A DNA stretch of 63,801 bases, filler included, from Thermodesulfobacteriota bacterium (GTDB taxonomy: Bacteria > DASVDK01): assembly GCA_036381125.1 (NCBI GenBank). It is 7 parts of 7 records of this genome, joined end to end, with 100 filler letters (N's around TTAATTAATTAA, not from the genome) between each part and the next. Parts side by side here need not be neighbours in the genome. Positions count along the whole stretch, not along the records: positions 49,833 to 60,873 come from DASVDK010000190.1; positions 60,974 to 63,801 come from DASVDK010000191.1; 5 more parts are not named here. One strand, written 5' to 3'. Under the pieces are notes generated by a model. It was not told the DNA's origin, ran no database searches, and was given only the letters and a program-made list of their open reading frames with translations. Of the stretch, positions 59,242 through 63,801 are shown in pieces. Each line of letters opens with the position of its first letter. Within the stretch, counting starts at the first letter, position 1. The position numbers and the translations under genes were made by a program.

Positions 59242-59775
59242 ATGCGCGTACTGATCCTGGTCGAGAAGATCTACGAGGACCTCGAGCTCTGGTATCCGAA
59301 GCTGCGGCTCGAGGAAGCGGGTCACGAGGCGGTCCTCTGCGGCCCGGAGGCGGGTGTGGAGTACCCGAGCAAGCACGGGTACCCCGCGAGGAGCGACGTG
59401 GCGGCCGGGGACGTGAAGGCGTCCGACTACGACGCGCTCGTGGTGCCCGGCGGCTACTCGCCCGATCACATGCGCCGCACGCCGGCCATGGTGGCGCTCG
59501 TGAAGGCGTTCGACCGGGAGCGCAAGCCGATCGCCGCCATCTGCCACGGCCCCTGGATGCTCTGCTCGGCGCGCGTCGTCGGGGGCCGGCGCGTCACCTC
59601 GTTCTCGTCCATCAAGGACGACCTCGAGAACGCCGGTGCGCGGTGGGAGGACGCGCCGGTGGTCGTCGACGGGCACATCATCACGAGCCGGACGCCGAAG
59701 GACCTGCCGGTCTTCACGAAGGCGCTCCTCGGCGCCCTCGAGCAGGCCCCGGCCCGCGCCGCGGCGGCGGGGTAG
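59242..59775 (+). CDS. PfpI/DJ-1 family (type 1 glutamine amidotransferase-like)
   Basis: YEDLEL, VPGG..PD, AICHGP and TSRTPKDL motifs. Confidence 0.93.
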   Translation: MRVLILVEKIYEDLELWYPKLRLEEAGHEAVLCGPEAGVEYPSKHGYPARSDVAAGDVKASDYDALVVPGGYSPDHMRRTPAMVALVKAFDRERKPIAAICHGPWMLCSARVVGGRRVTSFSSIKDDLENAGARWEDAPVVVDGHIITSRTPKDLPVFTKALLGALEQAPARAAAAG

Positions 59776-59778
59776 GGG

Positions 59779-60873
59779 ATGGCCGTTCGGGTCGAGCGAG
59801 ACCCGCTGGGGGAGGTCCGCGTCCCGGCCCACGCCTACTACGGCGTCCAGACGCAGCGCGCCCGCGAGAACTTCCCCGTGAGCGGGGTGACCGCGTCGCC
59901 CGCCTTCATCCTCGCCACCGTGCAGGTCAAGAAGGCGGCGGCCGAGGCCAACCGCGACACCGGCCGGCTCGACCCGCGCCTGGCGGCGGCCATCATCCAG
60001 GCGGCCGACGAGGTGCTCGCCGGGCGCTTCCACGACCAGTTCGTCGTCGACGTCTTCCAGGCCGGCGCCGGCACCTCGCACAACATGAACACCAACGAGG
60101 TGCTGGCCAACCGGGCCATCGAGATCCTCGGCGGCGCGCGCGGCGACTATCGGGTCGTGCACCCGAACGACCACGTGAACATGGCGCAGTCGACCAACGA
60201 CGTCTTCCCGACCGCCATGCGCGTGGCCGCGCTCACGCTCGAGCGGGACCTCGTGGCCGCGCTCTCGCACCTGGCCGGGACGCTCGAGGCCAAGGGCCGC
60301 GAGTTCGATCACGTCCTCAAGAGCGGGCGGACGCACCTGCAGGACGCGGTGCCGATCCGCCTCGGCCAGGAGTTCGCGGCGTGGGGGCTCGCCGTGCGCC
60401 GCGCGGTCGAGCGCATCGGGCGGAGCTTCCGGGCGATGGAGGAGCTGAACCTCGGCGCCACGGCCGTCGGCACCGGCCTCAACGCCGAGCCCGAGTACAT
60501 CCGCCGCGTGGTCGAGCGCCTGGCGGCCAACACGGGCCTCGCCCTCCGCACGGCCGAGTCGCTCGTCATGGCGACGCAGTTCCTCTCGCCGTTCGTCGAG
60601 GCGTCGGGGGCGCTGCGCGCCTACGCCGTGGACCTCGGCAAGATCGCGAACGACCTGCGCCTCATGTCGTCGGGCCCGCGCACGGGGCTTGCCGAGATCC
60701 GGCTGCCGGCGGTGCAGCCGGGCTCGTCGATCATGCCCGGGAAGGTCAACCCGGTGATCGCCGAGGCGACCAACATGGTCTGCTTCCAGGTGATCGGCAA
60801 CGACGTGACCATCACCATGGCGGCCGAGGCGGGGCAGCTCGAGCTGAACGTCATGATGCCGGTCGTGGCATTG
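59779..60873 (+). CDS. aspA: aspartate ammonia-lyase (fumarase/aspartase family; 3' truncated)
   Basis: YYGVQTQRA, GAGTSHNMN, SGRTHLQDA and GSSIMPGKVNP motifs. Confidence 0.8.
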
Positions 60874-60973
60874 NNNNNNNNNNNNNNNNNNNNNNNNNNN
60901 NNNNNNNNNNNNNNNNNTTAATTAATTAANNNNNNNNNNNNNNNNNNNNNNNNNNNNNNNNNNNNNNNNNNNN
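60874..60973. other. artificial contig linker
   Basis: N-run with TTAATTAATTAA. Confidence 0.98.
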
Positions 60974-61214
60974 CGTCCCCGCGGCCCGGCCCTGGGCCGG
61001 CGCCGGGCGACGCGCCGCTGCGCCCCGGGTCGGCGAAGCCCTCGGTGATCGACCAGGTGATGAGCCGCTTCTCGCTCCCCGGCGCCCCGCCGAGCCCGGG
61101 CAGCACCTCGCGGCGCAGCGCGTGTTCGACGCGCGCCTCCTCGGCCGACACGATGTAGATGATCGGGTAGGAGGCCCGGATCAGGAAGCGGAGTTCGTCG
61201 TTCGAGATCGTCAC
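60974..61214 (-). CDS. Ycf46-like AAA ATPase N-terminus (truncated)
   Basis: ELRFLIRASYPIIYIVSAEEARV...WSITEG; GTGA overlap with the SPFH gene. Confidence 0.75.
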
Positions 61215-62254
61215 TTCCCCTCGCCGCGCGCGCGGGGCTCGGCCCGCGCCGTCCGCTCGCCGTCGCGCGACTCGTCTTCCGAGAGAATGGGCCCGGGCGA
61301 CAGGATGAGCCCTTCCTGGCCCTTCGGCACGACGAGGATCTTGACGTTGCCGGCGAGCTTGTTGATCCAGAGGTACTCGAGCAACCGCGGATTGCGCTCG
61401 ATGATCCGCGTGACCGTCTCGAAGGCGGCCGCCTCGCCCGCGGCCTCGCGCTGACGCGCCTCGGCGCGCATGCGGGCCTGCTGGACGTGGAACTCCATCT
61501 CCTGCACTTTCTGCGCCGCCATCATCTTCGCCTCGACGGCCTTCTCGAAGTCGGGGCTGACGGCGACGTTCCTGAGGAGGACGTCCTCGAGCACCACGCC
61601 GTCGGCGGCGAAACGGCCCTTCAGGCGGTCGAAGATCTGCTGCTGGATGCCGGCGCGCGACGGGCCGTAGATGTCCATGACCGCGTACTCGGACACCACC
61701 ATGCGGGTGATGTTCCGGATCTGCGGGCGGACGATCTTCTCCTGGTACTCGGGGCCGACCATGGCGTGGAGGTCCGGGAGGCGATCGGGGTCTGGTCGGA
61801 ACCGGACGGTCACGTCGAGGCCGACCTTGAGGCCGTCGGAGGTCGGCGCCCAGAGCGTGTCGCTCTGCCCCTTCCGGTCCGGATCCTCGCCGCCGGCGAC
61901 CATCGAGTAGGTCTGCGACCGCACGTCGTAGGTCGTAACCTGGTTCACGAGGGGGGTCACGATGTGGAGGCCGTCGGCGAGGACCCACGGCTGGACCCCG
62001 TGGAACACGTTGAAGACGACGCCGCGGTGCCCGGCCGGCACGACGGTGAGCGACGACGCGCCGATGAGAAGGGCCAGGAGCAGGAGGCCGGCCACGATGC
62101 CGCGGCGGAGCGTGAGCCGGGCGTGGAGCCAGCCGAGAGCCGGGTTGACCCGAGGCGCTCCCGGCCCGCCGCGCGACGGCCCGCGGCTCGTCACCGACCA
62201 GACGGTCAGGAGCAGGGTGAGGAAGAAGAGGATGACGAGCAGCAGGACGATCAT
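61211..62254 (-). CDS. prohibitin/SPFH domain protein
   Basis: VPAGHRGV, GLH..P, TSDGL, VLLRNV and AVEAK motifs. Confidence 0.9.
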   Translation of the reverse strand: MIVLLLVILFFLTLLLTVWSVTSRGPSRGGPGAPRVNPALGWLHARLTLRRGIVAGLLLLALLIGASSLTVVPAGHRGVVFNVFHGVQPWVLADGLHIVTPLVNQVTTYDVRSQTYSMVAGGEDPDRKGQSDTLWAPTSDGLKVGLDVTVRFRPDPDRLPDLHAMVGPEYQEKIVRPQIRNITRMVVSEYAVMDIYGPSRAGIQQQIFDRLKGRFAADGVVLEDVLLRNVAVSPDFEKAVEAKMMAAQKVQEMEFHVQQARMRAEARQREAAGEAAAFETVTRIIERNPRLLEYLWINKLAGNVKILVVPKGQEGLILSPGPILSEDESRDGERTARAEPRARGEGK

Positions 62255-62490
62255 CTGTGACCCCTTGGCGGGTCGAAACCGTGCAAGAGCCGAGCCCTTC
62301 GACGGACTCCCGCGTCAGAGGGCGCCGCTGGCGGAGGTCGGAGAGCCGAGAGGAGCTGGCGGAGGTAGAGCGGAGCAAGCCGTGCGTGCGGGATGTTCCT
62401 CTGCGTCCACGAGCACTTTCGGTTCGAGACTCGGTATACCAGTTCCACGAGGAGGGCGGTATGCTCGGCGTCACCGGAGCCGCCGCCCAT
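62251..62490 (-). CDS. possible small hypothetical protein
   Basis: Its stop overlaps the SPFH start (ATGA); no recognisable motif. Confidence 0.3.
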   Translation of the reverse strand: MGGGSGDAEHTALLVELVYRVSNRKCSWTQRNIPHARLAPLYLRQLLSALRPPPAAPSDAGVRRRARLLHGFDPPRGHR

Positions 62491-62728
62491 CGTCCCACGC
62501 CCGCGGCAAGCCAGGCTCCCGGACCGCGCGTCGCTCGGGGCTACGCGACCCCACTCGAACCGCGCACCGGACGGCGGTCACGATGCCCGACCACGCGGAG
62601 AAGTATAGGCGCCGCTCGACAGGGGTGTCAAGCAAATGCGCCTGATTTAAAACGATGTCACGGTGCCGGGGCGCGCGGCGCCGGTCGCTATCATGGGAGA
62701 GACCCACTCGGAGGAGGCACCAGCAACC

Positions 62729-63801
62729 ATGCCCCAGGCAGTGACGCCCGACGCGGTGCGCGAGGCGCTGCGACAGGTCAGATATCCCGGCTTCTCTCGC
62801 GACGTCGTGTCGTTCGGCCTAGTCAAGGACATCCAGATCGACGGCGGGCGGGTGCGGGTCTTCCTCGCCGTGACGGCGAGGGACCCCTCGATCGCGAAGC
62901 AGATCCAGACCTCGGTTGAAACGGCGGTTCGCGCCATCCCCGGTGTGACCGGCGTCGAGATCATGGTGCGGCCGCCGGCGGCCGGCGGGCCCGCGCCGCA
63001 GCCGCAGCCGGGCGCCCGGGCGCCGGCCGCCGGCGCGAGCCCCTTCGGCGCGCCCGAGCCGACCCCGTCGCTCGCCGGCGTCAAGCGCGTCGTCGCCGTC
63101 GCGAGCGGCAAGGGGGGCGTCGGCAAGTCGACCGCGGCCGTGAACCTGGCGCTCGCGCTGGCGCGCCTCGGCCTCGCGGTCGGCCTGATGGACGCGGACG
63201 TCTACGGCCCGTCCGTCCCGCTCATGCTCGGCGTGAGCGCCCAGGGGGGGCAGGAAGGGGGGCGCGGGCCGCAGGTGGCCGGCGAGCGACGCATCACGCC
63301 GGCCGAGTCCTACGGCGTCCGCACGATCTCGATCGGCCTCTTCATGAACGAGGACACGCCCGTCGTCTGGCGGGGACCGATGGTCGCGGGGCTGGTCGAC
63401 CAGTTCCTGCGCGACGTGGAGTGGGGGAGCCTCGACGTGCTCCTCGTCGACATGCCGCCCGGCACCGGCGACGCGCAGCTCTCCCTCGTGCAGCGGGTGC
63501 CGCTCTCGGGCGCCATCATCGTGACGACGCCCCAGGACGCCGCCTCCACGGTCGCGCGGCGGGGCCTCATGATGTTCCGGCAGACCCGCGTGCCTATCCT
63601 CGGGATCGTGGAGAACATGTCGACCTTCGCCTGCCCTCACTGCGGCGAGGTCACCGACATCTTCGGCACGGGAGGCGGCGAGGCGTCGGCCCGGATGATG
63701 AACGTGCCCTTCCTCGGCGGCATCCCGATCGACCCCACGGTCCGCGAGGGGGGCGACGCCGGCCGGCCGGTCGTCGTCTCGGCGCCCGACTCCGCCGCGG
63801 C
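62729..63801 (+). CDS. mrp: Mrp/NBP35/ApbC Fe-S cluster carrier ATPase (runs off window)
   Basis: Not in ORF track. GGAGG RBS, MPQAVTPDAVREAL..V..PGFSRDVVSFGLV, ASGKGGVGKST, DADVYGPS, DMPPGTGD and ENMS..CPHCG motifs. Confidence 0.95.
   Translation, partial: MPQAVTPDAVREALRQVRYPGFSRDVVSFGLVKDIQIDGGRVRVFLAVTARDPSIAKQIQTSVETAVRAIPGVTGVEIMVRPPAAGGPAPQPQPGARAPAAGASPFGAPEPTPSLAGVKRVVAVASGKGGVGKSTAAVNLALALARLGLAVGLMDADVYGPSVPLMLGVSAQGGQEGGRGPQVAGERRITPAESYGVRTISIGLFMNEDTPVVWRGPMVAGLVDQFLRDVEWGSLDVLLVDMPPGTGDAQLSLVQRVPLSGAIIVTTPQDAASTVARRGLMMFRQTRVPILGIVENMSTFACPHCGEVTDIFGTGGGEASARMMNVPFLGGIPIDPTVREGGDAGRPVVVSAPDSAA

Overview
This is very high-GC (roughly 70-75%) bacterial DNA. It is a pseudo-scaffold of seven contigs joined by 100-nt N-linkers containing TTAATTAATTAA, so adjacency across linkers is not biological. 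Gene content (TIGR02266-type PilZ, Y1/RAYT transposase, sigma54 promoters, GAF kinases) suggests a deltaproteobacterial-like MAG (inference). Housekeeping genes include priA-def-fmt-htpX-rsmB, pyrF-rlmB, tRNAs with tuf, thiD, uppP, cobC/cobS, mrp, aspA, cydAB and six tRNAs. There is also a CoA-dependent catabolic/ABC cluster and several accessory patches. Main observations: (1) a DsbA/FrnE-family gene split by the ORF caller at an in-frame TGA that falls in a U-P-W-C redox motif and is followed by a SECIS-like hairpin (probable selenoprotein). (2) A RAYT-type HUH transposase, a dispersed ~24-bp repeat family (TGGAAAATGGAAAGACCTGACCCC) and a twice-occurring perfect palindrome. (3) A subtilase operon with a separate lipoprotein resembling the protease's own prodomain. 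(4) The thrU-tyrU-glyT-thrT-tuf cluster is split by about 6.3 kb of accessory DNA. (5) A cassette is bracketed by a 115-bp duplication of a rhomboid gene 3' end. (6) A small AT-hook/winged-helix nucleoid-protein candidate. (7) Several genes decayed by internal deletion. All family calls come from motif recognition by eye; no searches were run.
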